Source: Isorropodon fossajaponicum endosymbiont JTNG4
GTDB lineage: Bacteria > Pseudomonadota > Gammaproteobacteria > PS1 > Pseudothioglobaceae
Assembly: GCF_016592615.1 (NCBI RefSeq)
Contig: NZ_AP013043.1
Span: 660,001 to 692,000 of the forward strand
DNA: 32,000 bases
Reading direction: 5' to 3'
A model generated the notes under the pieces. The model searched no databases. It was given only the letters and a program-made list of their open reading frames with translations, and was not told the origin of the DNA. Position numbers and translations under genes: made by a program. Shown in pieces: positions 17,399 to 27,414 of the stretch (positions are counted from its first letter, which is position 1; each line of letters begins with the position of its first letter).

Positions 17399-18245
17399 CT
17401 AAAGAATTATGAGCATTACTCAAACTTCCTCGCAGTAGTTATTACTATCAAGTCAAAGATAAGCGAGTAAACAACAACACCAACGCTATGATTAAATTAA
17501 TCAAACAAACTGCTATTGAAGTTGGATACACCTATGGCAAACGCAGAATGCGAGTAGTTTTGAATAACCAAGGTTATAACATTGGTATTTACCAAACTGC
17601 AACGCTAATGAAAAAAGCCAATGTAGTTGCCATACGCCCAAGAAAGCGTCATTATTACCCTAATACTAGATTGATGTTTAAAAAGGCAAAAAACCTATTA
17701 AATCGTGTGTTTGAGCAGCAATCAATTAATACGCATTGGGTTGGTGATATTACCTATATCAAAACCTATCAAGGTGGGAGTTATTTAGCCAGTGTGTTGG
17801 ATTTAGGCTCAAGACAAGTTGTTGGTTGGGCATTGTCAAAACAGCCTAATGCTCAGTTGGCAAAGGATGCGCTTAGTAATGCTGTGTCTAGACACCAGCC
17901 CAATACAAATAAACACATGTTCCACTCTGATCAAGGGACTCAATACTCTTCTAAAGTTTTTATTGATTATTGCAACAAGAACAACATTACTCAAAGCATG
18001 AGCAGGCGAGGTAATTGTTGGGATAATGCGGTCATGGAGCGTTTCTTTAGAAGTCTGAAGACTGAGAGATTAAATTATCAAAGTTTTGCAAATCATAGTG
18101 AAGTCGTGCAAAATGTAGAGGGTTATATCTACTTGTATAATTACAAAAGGATTCATTCAGCGATTGGGTATTTAACACCTGCTCAAAAGATGGCTGAATT
18201 GAAAAAAGCGGCTTGAAATGTGTCCAAGTAGGTTAGAGCATTGCA
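17399..18245 (+). mobile_element. IS3-family element, right part (orfB integrase core plus right terminal repeat); left end and orfA missing
   Basis: OrfB carries the DDE residues in WVGDITY, HSDQGTQY and NAVMERFF. Upstream in frame it reads EL*ALLKLPRSSYYY, with TGA where IS3 OrfB normally has Cys. The right end ...GTGTCCAAGTAGGTTAGAGCATTGCA finishes at 18245. Its reverse complement matches 31936-31962 at 21 of 27 positions. Confidence 0.85.
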
Positions 18246-18647
18246 ACCATCATGGATACTAGAAGAGAAAGTCTATTATCCGAATACTTACAAAGGCGAC
18301 AATTGGCTTTTAACAGATGCGACTAATTGTGCCACGCCCAAGTGATTATAATAACCTTTGTGGCGTTCATATCAATAGTAGCGTGGCAAATAAAATGTTT
18401 TATTTGTTATCTGTGGGCGGTGTTCATAATGGTGTTGATGTTACTGGTATTGGCATTAGCAATGCAATCAAAATTGCTTTAAATGCTAATAAAAACCACT
18501 GGCCACGAAATAGTACTTTTCATGCCGTCAAGGTGGGCATGATTAGTACTGCTTCTGGTTATGGCGATACTGAAAGATGGGGTTGATATGCAAGAACAGG
18601 TTAGACTGGCTTGGGAGGCAGTTGGTGTGACTGATGATAATCAATAA
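18246..18647 (+). pseudogene. M4 (thermolysin-like) metalloprotease, C-terminal fragment with frameshifts
   Basis: CGVHINSSVANKMFYLLSVGG matches the M4 motif GGVHxNSGIxNKAFYL. The terminal VRLAWEAVGV matches AW.AVGV. The fragment lies in at least three frames and starts exactly at the IS3 right end. Confidence 0.6.
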
Positions 18648-18649
18648 AA

Positions 18650-19240
18650 TTATTTATTTTTAAGTGCTAGGCGAATAATATCTTCGGTGGAAAGTGTTTT
18701 GTCATTGATGACAGCCAACATCCTTTCAGACTCTTTGGCTTTAAATCCAAGTGCTTGTAAAGCGGCTGATGCTTGCTTAATATTGGAGTTTGTATTAGGA
18801 TTTGTTTTAATATTTTGATGATTTTGACTGCTCAATTCTAGTTTTTCTAAACGGTCTTTAAGCTCTACAATGAGTTTTTTTGCTGTTTTTTTACCAATAC
18901 CTGGCGTTTTGGCCAGTAATACATCATCTTCATCAGCAACAGCATTCATTAATGAGATAATATCAAGGTGAGATAAAATAGCCAGCGCTACTTTGGGGCC
19001 AACACCATTGACTCTAATCAGTTCTCTAAATAAGGTTTTTTCATCTTTGAAGATAAAGCCATACAAGGTATGTGCATCTTCTTTAATTGATAAGTGAGTG
19101 TATAACGAAAGCTGTTTTTCATCACCCATTGCATAAAAACTGGACATTGGACATAGAATTTCATAGCCAATACCACTCACCTCAAGCAAGATCTCAGGCG
19201 GGTTTTTTTCTAAAACGATACCTGTGAGTTTACCAATCAT
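18650..19240 (-). CDS. ruvA: Holliday junction branch migration complex subunit RuvA
   Basis: MIGKLTGIV...GIGYEI... and the HhH motifs [16 protein letters not shown] and [19 protein letters not shown]. Confidence 0.9.
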   Translation of the reverse strand: MIGKLTGIVLEKNPPEILLEVSGIGYEILCPMSSFYAMGDEKQLSLYTHLSIKEDAHTLYGFIFKDEKTLFRELIRVNGVGPKVALAILSHLDIISLMNAVADEDDVLLAKTPGIGKKTAKKLIVELKDRLEKLELSSQNHQNIKTNPNTNSNIKQASAALQALGFKAKESERMLAVINDKTLSTEDIIRLALKNK

Positions 19241-19851
19241 AACCAGTTGTATTTATTAAAATAGTCTTTCTCAAAGGTTTTAATATCATCTGCATATTGC
19301 AAGGTTAAGTCAATATCATCAAGACCATTGATTAAGCGTCTTTTTCGTTCTGTGTCTATTTCAAAAAGATAAGTTTTATTATTCACATAGATACTTTGAG
19401 CATCAAGATTAATCGTTATTTCATCAGTTGAGGCAAACAATTCATCCATAGCATTGTTATCTTGCACAATAGGCAAAATACCGTTTTTAAAACAATTGTT
19501 ATAAAAAATATCTGCAAAACTAGGCGCAATAATTGCCTTAAAGCCATAATCTTCTAACGCCCAAGGCGCATGTTCACGACTTGAACCACAACCAAAATTC
19601 TCTCGTGCTAGTAGTATTTTTGCACCTTGGTATTTTTCTTGATTCAACACAAAATCCATATTAAGCGGACGTTTAGAGTTATCCGTACCAACTTCACCAT
19701 GGTCTAGGTAACGCCACTCATCAAATAAATTAACACCAAAGCCAGAGCGTTTAATAGATTTTAAAAACTGTTTGGGAATAATTGAATCGGTATCAATATT
19801 GGCACGCTCAAGTGGTGTGGCAATTGAAGTAAATGTGCTAAATTTTTGCAT
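19237..19851 (-). CDS. leuD: 3-isopropylmalate dehydratase small subunit
   Basis: Contains [14 protein letters not shown] and [16 protein letters not shown]. 4-nt overlap with ruvA and 1-nt overlap with leuC. Confidence 0.93.
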   Translation of the reverse strand: MQKFSTFTSIATPLERANIDTDSIIPKQFLKSIKRSGFGVNLFDEWRYLDHGEVGTDNSKRPLNMDFVLNQEKYQGAKILLARENFGCGSSREHAPWALEDYGFKAIIAPSFADIFYNNCFKNGILPIVQDNNAMDELFASTDEITINLDAQSIYVNNKTYLFEIDTERKRRLINGLDDIDLTLQYADDIKTFEKDYFNKYNWL

Positions 19852-21251
19852 TATTCAACCTCTGAAAAATGACCAGAAATGGCACTTGCAGCTGCAATGG
19901 CAGGGCTGACTAAGTGAGTAAACGAGCCATAACCTTGACGACCTTCAAAGTTACGATTTGAGGTGCTTGCGCATCTCTCTCCTACTTCTAGTTTGTCAGC
20001 ATTCATGGCTAAGCACATTGAACAGCCTGCTTCACGCCATTCAAAGCCACTGTTTATAAAAATCTTATCCAGCCCTTCTTCTTCAGCTTGTTTTTTAATC
20101 AGTCCTGAGCCAGGCACAACCAAGGCAAGTTTGATATTATTGGCAATTTTTTTATCTTTTAAAATACTGGCTGCAATACGCAAGTCCTCAATTCGTGAGT
20201 TGGTGCATGAGCCAATAAAGACTTTGTCAATTTTAATGTCTGATATTTTTGTATCAGCAGCGAGGTGAATGTAATTAAGTGCATTTTCCCAGCTAACTTT
20301 TTCAGTCTGATTTTTGGCGTTAGCAGGGTTGGGCACATACTCATCAATTGCTACTACCATTTCTGGAGATGTGCCCCAAGTAACTTGAGGTTTAATGTCT
20401 TTTGTATTAAAACGTACGACTTTGTCAAAGTGTGCATCTTTGTCAGAATGTAGTGTGTGCCAATATTCGACTGCTTTGTTCCATCTAGCACCTGAAGGTG
20501 CTAGTGGGCGACCTTTGACATAGTCAATGGTTTTATCATCAACGGCAACTATGCCTACACGTGCACCTGCTTCAATTGCCATGTTGCATAAGGTCATACG
20601 ACCTTCAATGGATAAATCTTGAATGGTGCTGCCACTAAATTCAATTGCGTAGCCTGTGCCACCCGCAGTGCCAATTTGACCAATAATGTAAAGTGCAATG
20701 TCTTTTGCACTGACGTGCTTATTGAGCTTGCCACTGACTTCAATATTAAGGTTTTTAGATTTAGATTGCCACAAACAACCTGTGGCTAAAACATGTTCAA
20801 CCTCGCTGGTACCAATGCCAAATGCTAATGCGCCAAGTGCACCATGGGTTGAGGTGTGTGAATCACCGCAGACAATGCTCATGCCTGGCAGGGTAGCGCC
20901 TTGTTCAGGGCCAATGACATGTACGATGCCTTGGCGAATATCGTTCATGGATATTTCATTAATGCCAAAAGTTTTGCAGTTCTTGTCTAGGGTTTCAATT
21001 TGCAATTTTGAGATAGGGTCGCTAATGCCACTAACGCCTGATGAGCGATTGGTTGTGGGTACATTATGATCAGGCACTGCTAAGTTGGCACTTATGCGCC
21101 AAGGTTTTCTGCTTGCCATTGCTAAACCTTCAAATGCTTGAGGTGAGGTTACTTCATGAATAAGTTGCCTGTCAATATAAATAAGTGCTGTTGAGTCATC
21201 TTTACGTACGACGTGTGCATCTATCAGTTTGTCATAGAGTGTTTGAGCCAT
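19851..21251 (-). CDS. leuC: 3-isopropylmalate dehydratase large subunit
   Basis: Probable start [15 protein letters not shown] (Met12 of the track ORF). Aconitase-family Cys ligands are present in GSCTNSR and CSMCLAMN. Confidence 0.95.
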   Translation of the reverse strand: MAQTLYDKLIDAHVVRKDDSTALIYIDRQLIHEVTSPQAFEGLAMASRKPWRISANLAVPDHNVPTTNRSSGVSGISDPISKLQIETLDKNCKTFGINEISMNDIRQGIVHVIGPEQGATLPGMSIVCGDSHTSTHGALGALAFGIGTSEVEHVLATGCLWQSKSKNLNIEVSGKLNKHVSAKDIALYIIGQIGTAGGTGYAIEFSGSTIQDLSIEGRMTLCNMAIEAGARVGIVAVDDKTIDYVKGRPLAPSGARWNKAVEYWHTLHSDKDAHFDKVVRFNTKDIKPQVTWGTSPEMVVAIDEYVPNPANAKNQTEKVSWENALNYIHLAADTKISDIKIDKVFIGSCTNSRIEDLRIAASILKDKKIANNIKLALVVPGSGLIKKQAEEEGLDKIFINSGFEWREAGCSMCLAMNADKLEVGERCASTSNRNFEGRQGYGSFTHLVSPAIAAASAISGHFSEVE

Positions 21252-21305
21252 TACTGATACACAATACTTGATAAAATATCCCATTTTACATTTTTATTAA
21301 ACTTT

Positions 21306-23078
21306 ATGTGCGGACTTTGTGGGCAGTTAAGATTTGACACTCAAGTAGTGAGTGGCGATGGACTTAAGGCAATGATGCAAAAAATTGCGCGTCGTGGTCC
21401 TGATTCTAGTGGTCTTTGGGTTGATGGTCATATTGGTTTTGGGCATCAAAGACTTGCTATTATTGACTTATCTGATCACGCTCATCAACCAATGATTGAT
21501 AAAAATCTTGGTTTGGTTTTGGTTTTCAATGGCACGATTTATAATTATCAAGCTTTACGTCAAGATTTAACCAAGCAGGGTTATCAATTTTTCTCACATT
21601 CTGATACTGAAGTGATTATCAAGGCTTATCATCACTGGGGTGAAGATTGTGTCACGCATTTAGATGGCATGTTTGCTTTTTGTATTTGGGATAAGGCTCA
21701 AAACCAGTTGTTTGTTGCTCGTGATCGAATGGGGATTAAGCCGCTTTATTTTAATCTAACAAACCAAGCATTTAGTTTTGCTTCTAACATGCAGGCGTTA
21801 GTAACGCAAGGTGTAGATAAAAGTATTAATCCTATCGCCCTGCAGCAGCAACTTTCATTGCATGGTGTTGTGCCAGCGCCTAATACGATTATTAATGGCG
21901 TGAATAAAATTAAACCAGCAACCACGTTAACCATTAGCGTTAAGGGTAAAGTTGTTGAAAGAACCTATTGGCAGCCAAAGGCCATGCGCCCAAAAGAGGC
22001 ATTGACAGATGAGCAGTTTATTCAGCGCACGCATGAACTTTTAACAGACAGTGTTTTAAAACGTATGAATGCTGCAGATGTGCCAATTGGCGTGTTACTT
22101 TCTGGTGGGTTAGATTCATCACTTTTAGTCGCATTACTTAGAGAAGCAGGGCATGAAGATGTGCGCACATTTTCAATTGGTTTTGAAGATATTGATGATG
22201 AGGCTGGGTCTGAATTTGAATATTCTGACCAAATTGTTGCCCAGTTTAAAACCCAGCATGAAAAATATGTCATTAGTAACTCACAAATACTGCTACGCCT
22301 TGGTGAGGCGGTTGCAAATATGAGCGAGCCAATGGTGGCTCAAGATGCAGTGGCATTTTATTTATTATCTGAACAAGTATCTAAGCATATTAAAGTGGTG
22401 CTTTCTGGTCAAGGTGCAGACGAAGCTTTTGCAGGTTATTTTTGGTATGAGCGCATGCAAGCGCAGACAGGATCTGAGATTGAGCGCTTTACCAAGCATT
22501 ATGTGGATAGACCACATGAAGAGTATTTGCAAACGGTTAATCAGCAATATCACAGCGGCAATCACACTGAAACTTGGTTTCATCATGAATTTACTAAGGC
22601 AGGTGCAGATACGTTTATGGACAAAGTTTTCCGCACTGATATTACTCGTTTAGTGGTCGATGACCCTGTGAAAAGAGTAGATAACATGACCATGGCTTGG
22701 GGCTTGGAGGCGCGCGTACCATTTATGGATTATAAACTGGTAGAGCACGCTTTGAGTATGCCACCGAGTTTGAAAATGCTTAATAAAGGTAAGCACCCTC
22801 TTAAACAAATTGCCAGAGGCTTGCTACCTAATAGTGTAATTGAGCGTAAAAAGGGTTATTTCCCAATGCCAGCACTTAAATATGTGCGTGGTGAATTTTT
22901 AGACTTTATGTCAGACATATTAACTTCAAGCAAATGCATCAATCGTGGTGTGTTTAATCAGGCATTTATTGCCAAAGTAATCAATAAACCACAAGATTAC
23001 ATGACCGCACTTAATGGTTCACGTTTATGGCATTTAGCATTATTGGAATATTGGCTACAAATAAATATTGATGAATAA
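21306..23078 (+). CDS. asparagine synthase (glutamine-hydrolysing) family amidotransferase, AsnO-like
   Basis: Met-Cys N-terminal nucleophile (MCGLCG), the PP-loop LSGGLDSS and 590 aa. The length and N-terminus resemble the N-acetylglutaminylglutamine amidotransferase subgroup. Confidence 0.8.
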   Translation: MCGLCGQLRFDTQVVSGDGLKAMMQKIARRGPDSSGLWVDGHIGFGHQRLAIIDLSDHAHQPMIDKNLGLVLVFNGTIYNYQALRQDLTKQGYQFFSHSDTEVIIKAYHHWGEDCVTHLDGMFAFCIWDKAQNQLFVARDRMGIKPLYFNLTNQAFSFASNMQALVTQGVDKSINPIALQQQLSLHGVVPAPNTIINGVNKIKPATTLTISVKGKVVERTYWQPKAMRPKEALTDEQFIQRTHELLTDSVLKRMNAADVPIGVLLSGGLDSSLLVALLREAGHEDVRTFSIGFEDIDDEAGSEFEYSDQIVAQFKTQHEKYVISNSQILLRLGEAVANMSEPMVAQDAVAFYLLSEQVSKHIKVVLSGQGADEAFAGYFWYERMQAQTGSEIERFTKHYVDRPHEEYLQTVNQQYHSGNHTETWFHHEFTKAGADTFMDKVFRTDITRLVVDDPVKRVDNMTMAWGLEARVPFMDYKLVEHALSMPPSLKMLNKGKHPLKQIARGLLPNSVIERKKGYFPMPALKYVRGEFLDFMSDILTSSKCINRGVFNQAFIAKVINKPQDYMTALNGSRLWHLALLEYWLQINIDE

Positions 23079-23511
23079 AATAATCATTTATACAGATGGC
23101 GGTTGCCGTGGTAATTCTGGCATTGGTGGCTGGGGCGTGTGGCTTAGATATGGCGATCATGATAAAAAACTTCAAGGTGCGCAACAAGATACCACTAACA
23201 ATCGAATGGAGTTGACTGCAGCTATTAAAGCACTGGAGGCAATTAAATCTAGCGACATTGCCATTGATTTATTTACCGATTCTAAATATGTAATGACAGG
23301 TATTAGTGAATGGATTAAAAACTGGAAAGCCAAGGGTTGGAAAACTGCCAATAGAAAACCAGTTAAAAATATAGACTTATGGCAGCGCTTAGATGTGCTT
23401 AATAATCAGCACAATGTTGTTTGGCATTGGGTCAAGGGCCATAGTGGCGATAAGGGTAATGACATGGCGGATGCATTGGCTAATTTAGCCATGGATAAAA
23501 TCAGTAATTGA
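23068..23511 (+). CDS. rnhA: ribonuclease HI
   Basis: YTDGGCRGN...[15 protein letters not shown]...TDSKYV...[15 protein letters not shown]...[15 protein letters not shown]. Confidence 0.93.
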   Translation: MMNKIIIYTDGGCRGNSGIGGWGVWLRYGDHDKKLQGAQQDTTNNRMELTAAIKALEAIKSSDIAIDLFTDSKYVMTGISEWIKNWKAKGWKTANRKPVKNIDLWQRLDVLNNQHNVVWHWVKGHSGDKGNDMADALANLAMDKISN

Positions 23512-23584
23512 GTTGAAATGTTTAATTAACAGTTGCTGATTTGAGTGATTAATAATTAGAATATTTAAATAGTCTTAAAAAAAC

Positions 23585-23612
23585 TTGCAATCAAAAATAG
23601 TGATGGTATAAC
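23585..23612 (+). promoter_or_regulatory. sigma70-like promoter candidate (TTGCAA-16 nt-TATAAC)
   Basis: Hexamers at 23585-23590 and 23607-23612, about 30 nt upstream of the small exported-protein ORF. Confidence 0.3.
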
Positions 23613-23640
23613 GGTAATTCTTGACTATTCAAATAGGAGA

Positions 23641-23874
23641 TTGAGTGTGAGGAAATTAGTTATATTGTTCGGATTTTTTTTAAGCTTTAACGCTTTTGCC
23701 GATGCAAAAGACGGGGTGAAACCACTAAGTGCCAATCCTACAGAAGCACAAAGACAAGTCATTCGTGATGCTGCAAAAGATTCTTGTGATGGTCAAGAAG
23801 ACGACCAACGTGAAGAGTGTGTCATGGACTATTTCGCAAATCACAATTTGGAAGAAGAACCTAGTTGCGATTAA
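23641..23874 (+). CDS. small exported acidic Cys-containing protein (no family recognised)
   Basis: Signal peptide (M)SVRKLVILFGFFLSFNAFA. The mature ~55 aa carry 3 Cys and are rich in D/E. AGGAG at 23634 favours the GTG at 23647 as the start. Confidence 0.5.
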   Translation: MSVRKLVILFGFFLSFNAFADAKDGVKPLSANPTEAQRQVIRDAAKDSCDGQEDDQREECVMDYFANHNLEEEPSCD

Positions 23875-23917
23875 TCAATAAGAATTTTTAGTTTTCGCCA
23901 TTTGGAAGACTATCAAT

Positions 23918-23945
23918 AAAAAACTCGATAAAGAGTTATTTTTTA
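23918..23945 (+). terminator. rho-independent terminator candidate
   Basis: AACTC-GATAAA-GAGTT stem-loop followed by ATTTTTT. Confidence 0.35.
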
Positions 23946-23964
23946 TAATAAAGAGGAGAGGAGT

Positions 23965-24303
23965 ATGAAACTTCAAACATTAGTAATTAGCGTTGCATCA
24001 GTAGCATTTTTAGCATCAACAGCAGTCACTGCCAAACAACCACAGTTGGTATTGTAAAAAATTGCAGGCATTTCACGTAATCAAGACAAAACGAGGCACC
24101 ATTGTCCTGCGTTTGCAAAAACGTCTCGTCCTTGCCCGCCGTTTTGTATTCAGCCAGCGCATCCGTTTGCGCCAGCTGTCGTTGAAACGGTAACAGAGTT
24201 AGATGTTATTCACGCTGTACGTGATATTGCTAATGGTGGCGATAAGAGTGTCTTAGTGATTGATGCGCGTACACCAGGTTGTGGGTTAAGAAAGGTACAA
24301 TTC
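23965..24303 (+). pseudogene. exported rhodanese-like protein, in-frame TAA, frameshift and 3' deletion
   Basis: A signal peptide (MKLQTLVISVASVAFLASTAVTA) is followed by TAA at 24055-24057. Then comes ...CPAFAKTSRPCPPFCIQPAHPF...VTELDVIHAV...VLVIDARTPG. After a frame shift, WVKKGTIP follows. The active-site half of the domain is absent. Confidence 0.55.
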
Positions 24304-24746
24304 CATTGGTTATGATTAATTCGCTTCAAGGTCGCAATGAAGATGCTTTTAGTTGGATGTTACGTGCCGCTCAGGAAAATCATACTACTGTCCAGAATAA
24401 TATTGGATTGAGTTATCTACATGGGCTTGGTGTTAAAAAAGACAATGCCAAGGCATTTATTTGGTTTAAGCGATCTGCTGAACAAGGATTGCCTTATGCT
24501 CAAAGTAAGCTTGCCATGCTTTATTATCAAGGCAGGGGCGTTAAGAAAAATATACAAAAGGCATATGATTGGTGGTTAATTGCAGCCAAACAAGAAGATG
24601 AGTATGCGCAATTTAACCTTGCCTCGTTATTGTTAGAAAAAAATAAGGTCAAACAAGCGTATTATTGGTTTAATCAAGCAGCTAAGAACAATCATCCTGG
24701 CACTCAAGAGGCGTTGAAAAAATTAGGAGAGGTGTATGTTAAGTAA
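24279..24746 (+). CDS. Sel1-like repeat (SLR/TPR) protein; the 5' end is uncertain (abuts or fuses to the rhodanese remnant)
   Basis: Three to four Sel1 repeats: NNIGLSYLHGLGVKKDNAKAFIWFKRSAEQGLPYAQSKLAMLYYQGRGVKKNIQKAYDWW. Possible starts are TTG 24279 or ATG 24312. No signal peptide and no obvious SD. Confidence 0.6.
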   Translation: MWVKKGTIPLVMINSLQGRNEDAFSWMLRAAQENHTTVQNNIGLSYLHGLGVKKDNAKAFIWFKRSAEQGLPYAQSKLAMLYYQGRGVKKNIQKAYDWWLIAAKQEDEYAQFNLASLLLEKNKVKQAYYWFNQAAKNNHPGTQEALKKLGEVYVK

Positions 24747-25611
24747 ATATTTATTGGTTTTGATTGTGTTATTTTCTCAGATGAGTATTGCGTTTATTCC
24801 AAATATACCGCAATTACCAGAATTACCAATATTTGGTGATTTTAACCCGAACCAGCTTAGAAGAAATTTCAATGAATTTGTAGGTTCTGAGCCTGATTAT
24901 GCGCGTGAAACACGCATAGTTTCTCAAATTGAAGACGCTGTTTTAGATGGGGAAGTTGAATACTTAAGTTTAAAAAATAAGCGTCAATTTTTTAGTATTT
25001 ACATGCAAAGTGAGTTAGATAAATCCAAAGGCGGGGTGATTATTTTGCACAATCGTGGACAACACGCGAATTGGGGTGATTTGATTAAGCCACTTAGAGT
25101 TGGACTCGCAGAAAAAGGCTGGGATACTTTATCAGTACAAATGCCAGTATTGGATAAACAGGCAAAATATTACGATTATGTTCCTATTTTTCCATATGCT
25201 CATGAGCGTATAGAGGCAGCGATTAACTTTTACAAACGGCTCGGCATTGATAATATTATTTTAATAGGGCACGGTTGTGGCGCACATATGTCAATGAGTT
25301 ATATTGATAAGTTTGGTGATGATAAATTTTCAGCTTATGTTGGTATTGGCATGGGTGCTACTGATTATAAGCAAAAAATAGTTAGGCCATTTCCATTGGA
25401 TAAAATGCACATCCCAGTATTAGATGCATTTGCTGAAAATGATTTTGCTGGTGTTATTCGTCTTGCAAAATCCAGGAAAGCTTTAGTGGAGGCTGCTGGT
25501 AATACGCACAGTACACAATTAGTTATTAAAAATGCAGGCCACTATTATCAAGAACAAGGCGCGGTTAAAAATCTAACCAATCAAGTGGGTATTTGGCTTG
25601 ATACGCTATAA
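24736..25611 (+). CDS. exported alpha/beta-hydrolase-fold protein (DUF3530-like)
   Basis: It has a signal peptide. Contains GGVIILHNRGQHANWGDLIKPLRVGLAEKGWDTLSVQMP and ILIGHGCGAHM. 11-nt overlap with the Sel1 ORF. Confidence 0.55.
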   Translation: MLSKYLLVLIVLFSQMSIAFIPNIPQLPELPIFGDFNPNQLRRNFNEFVGSEPDYARETRIVSQIEDAVLDGEVEYLSLKNKRQFFSIYMQSELDKSKGGVIILHNRGQHANWGDLIKPLRVGLAEKGWDTLSVQMPVLDKQAKYYDYVPIFPYAHERIEAAINFYKRLGIDNIILIGHGCGAHMSMSYIDKFGDDKFSAYVGIGMGATDYKQKIVRPFPLDKMHIPVLDAFAENDFAGVIRLAKSRKALVEAAGNTHSTQLVIKNAGHYYQEQGAVKNLTNQVGIWLDTL

Positions 25612-25638
25612 ATTTTTATACCTAAAGCCTTACAATAA

Positions 25639-25676
25639 ACAAGCTTCATCTCATTTTAAAACAAGGTGAAGCTTGT
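25639..25676. terminator. bidirectional hairpin between convergent genes
   Basis: ACAAGCTTCA ... TGAAGCTTGT forms a 10-bp perfect stem (25639-25648 / 25667-25676) around an 18-nt A/T-rich loop. Confidence 0.4.
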
Positions 25677-26462
25677 CTAGGATTGCAAATAATCTAATTC
25701 TTGCTGAGAAAAATTAGCAAGCTTCCTGGTTTCAATATTAAAAGGGCCTCTAAGTTGATTGCCAATGTGTTTTTAACTAATTGGTCAAAGGTTTGTATTG
25801 GGTCTAAAAAGCGTTGTTGGCAGAGGACGTGAAACCAATAATTGCCAATTTTTACATGAGTTAATCTCATCAGCAAAAATAGTGTCTAAAATTTTTACCA
25901 TGGCTTTAAAGTTTGAGTGTTTGAATTTTTTTTGAATATTTGGTGTGACATCCAACCCTCTAGCCTCAAGCACTCTGGGTACCAATGCCATTCTTGCTAA
26001 TACGTCATAGTCGGTATCTTTTGTCATTTTCCACAAGCCATTGTGTGCCTGAAAATCACCATATTGATAGCCAATTTTAATTAAATAGTGATTAATCAAG
26101 CTAAAGTGCTGAGATTCTTCAAAAGCGACTTGTATCCAGTCTTGATAGAATTTACCTGACATATCTTTGAATCGATAAACCGCATCAAGGGCTAAATTAA
26201 TGGCATTAAATTCAATATGGCAAATGGCGTGAATGGTTTTAATAAACCCCATGTCTGATTTATCTCGCTTAGGCACAGATTGAAATCTGACTAAAATGGG
26301 CTTTTCTGGCTTGCCAGGCGTGGGTATGGATTGTTGATGAAAACTTGATTGATAATCCAAAACTTGGTTGTTTTTAAAACCATTTAGTTGATTGACCAAA
26401 TTGATTTTTTCATCAATTTCTGTACTCATTAATGCCTGATAAGCCAGTTCAAAGACGTTCAT
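25677..26462 (-). pseudogene. DUF455 (ferritin-like) protein, at least two frameshifts near the 3' end
   Basis: The main ORF 25785..26462 ends ...ILDTIFADEIN. The expected continuation HVKIGNYWFHVLCQQRFLDPIQTFDQLV is in a second frame (ORF 25694..25876). The C-terminus RGPFNIETRKLANFSQQELDYLQS is in a third frame. Confidence 0.6.
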
Positions 26463-26976
26463 AAGCCCCCGGTTTTATATCGCCCAATTGCCAATTTGAG
26501 ATCTAATTAGTCGCAGAGTTGGCAAGCCAACATGGGCTGTCATACGCCTAATTTGACGATTTTTGCCTTCGGTAATGGTTAGCTCAATCCAAAAAAAAAG
26601 AGGTGGGGATGTTCTTACGTATGCGTATGGGTGGTGTGCGATTCCACAGCTAATCTAGCTGATTGATAATTTTGGCTTTCGCAGGTTTGGTTTTACCGTC
26701 TTTTGATACGATGCCAAGCGTCAAGCTATTGATAGTAGTATTAGTAATATTGCCATCAACTTGTACAATATAGGTTTTTTCCTTGTCAAATTTTGGATTA
26801 GAAATTTTATGTTGTAATTTGCCGTCATCAGTTAATATAACCAAACCTTCTGAGTCCTTATCTAGCCGTCCAGTAGGGTAGATATCTTTAATGGCAATAT
26901 AATCAGACAAGGTATTACCCCCACTAAATTGGCATAAAACGCCAAATGGCTTGTTAAATAGATAGGCTTTAGCCAT
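26449..26976 (-). pseudogene. rluE: 23S rRNA pseudouridine(2457) synthase RluE, one nonsense codon and two frameshifts
   Basis: YLFNKPFGVLCQF...YPTGRLDKDSEGLVILTDDGKLQ...KTYIVQVDG is followed by TAG at 26650-26652, where E. coli RluE has Trp. Then comes [20 protein letters not shown] frame shift in an A9 run (26591-26599) leads to [31 protein letters not shown] further shift near 26480 leads to [12 protein letters not shown]. Confidence 0.8.
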
Positions 26977-27400
26977 AGACTTGTTTGGCCCTTGCTATGA
27001 ATGCATCCAGTTGAGAGTTGGCAATTGAGGTAAAAATAGGCGATATGGCAATGCCTACCAGTTTTGATGAAAAGCCAAATTCTAAGTTGAGTTCAATTTT
27101 GCAGACACTATTACTTAGTTTTGTGAATATCCAAGCACCACTTAGATGTTTAAAGGGTCCTTCCTTCAGTTGCATATCAATTTTTTGATGGGGGGTTAAC
27201 GTATTGATTGTTGTGAAAGTTTGATTAAAACTCCCTTTATTAATCTTAACCGAGGCTATGATTTGACCGTCAGATTGCTTTAAAATAGAAGCATCTGAAC
27301 ACCAATTAAGAAATTCAGGGTATTGATTAACCTGATTAACCAATTGATACAATTGTTCACAAGAATAGGCAACAATGGCATTTTTAGAAATATGATGCAT
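26969..27400 (-). CDS. ratA: SRPBCC-fold RatA/YfjG (Coq10-like) protein
   Basis: 143 aa containing YPEFLNWC...[11 protein letters not shown]. It is divergent from smpB, as in other gammaproteobacteria. Confidence 0.8.
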   Translation of the reverse strand: MHHISKNAIVAYSCEQLYQLVNQVNQYPEFLNWCSDASILKQSDGQIIASVKINKGSFNQTFTTINTLTPHQKIDMQLKEGPFKHLSGAWIFTKLSNSVCKIELNLEFGFSSKLVGIAISPIFTSIANSQLDAFIARAKQVYG

Positions 27401-27414
27401 GGCTAAAAATAATA

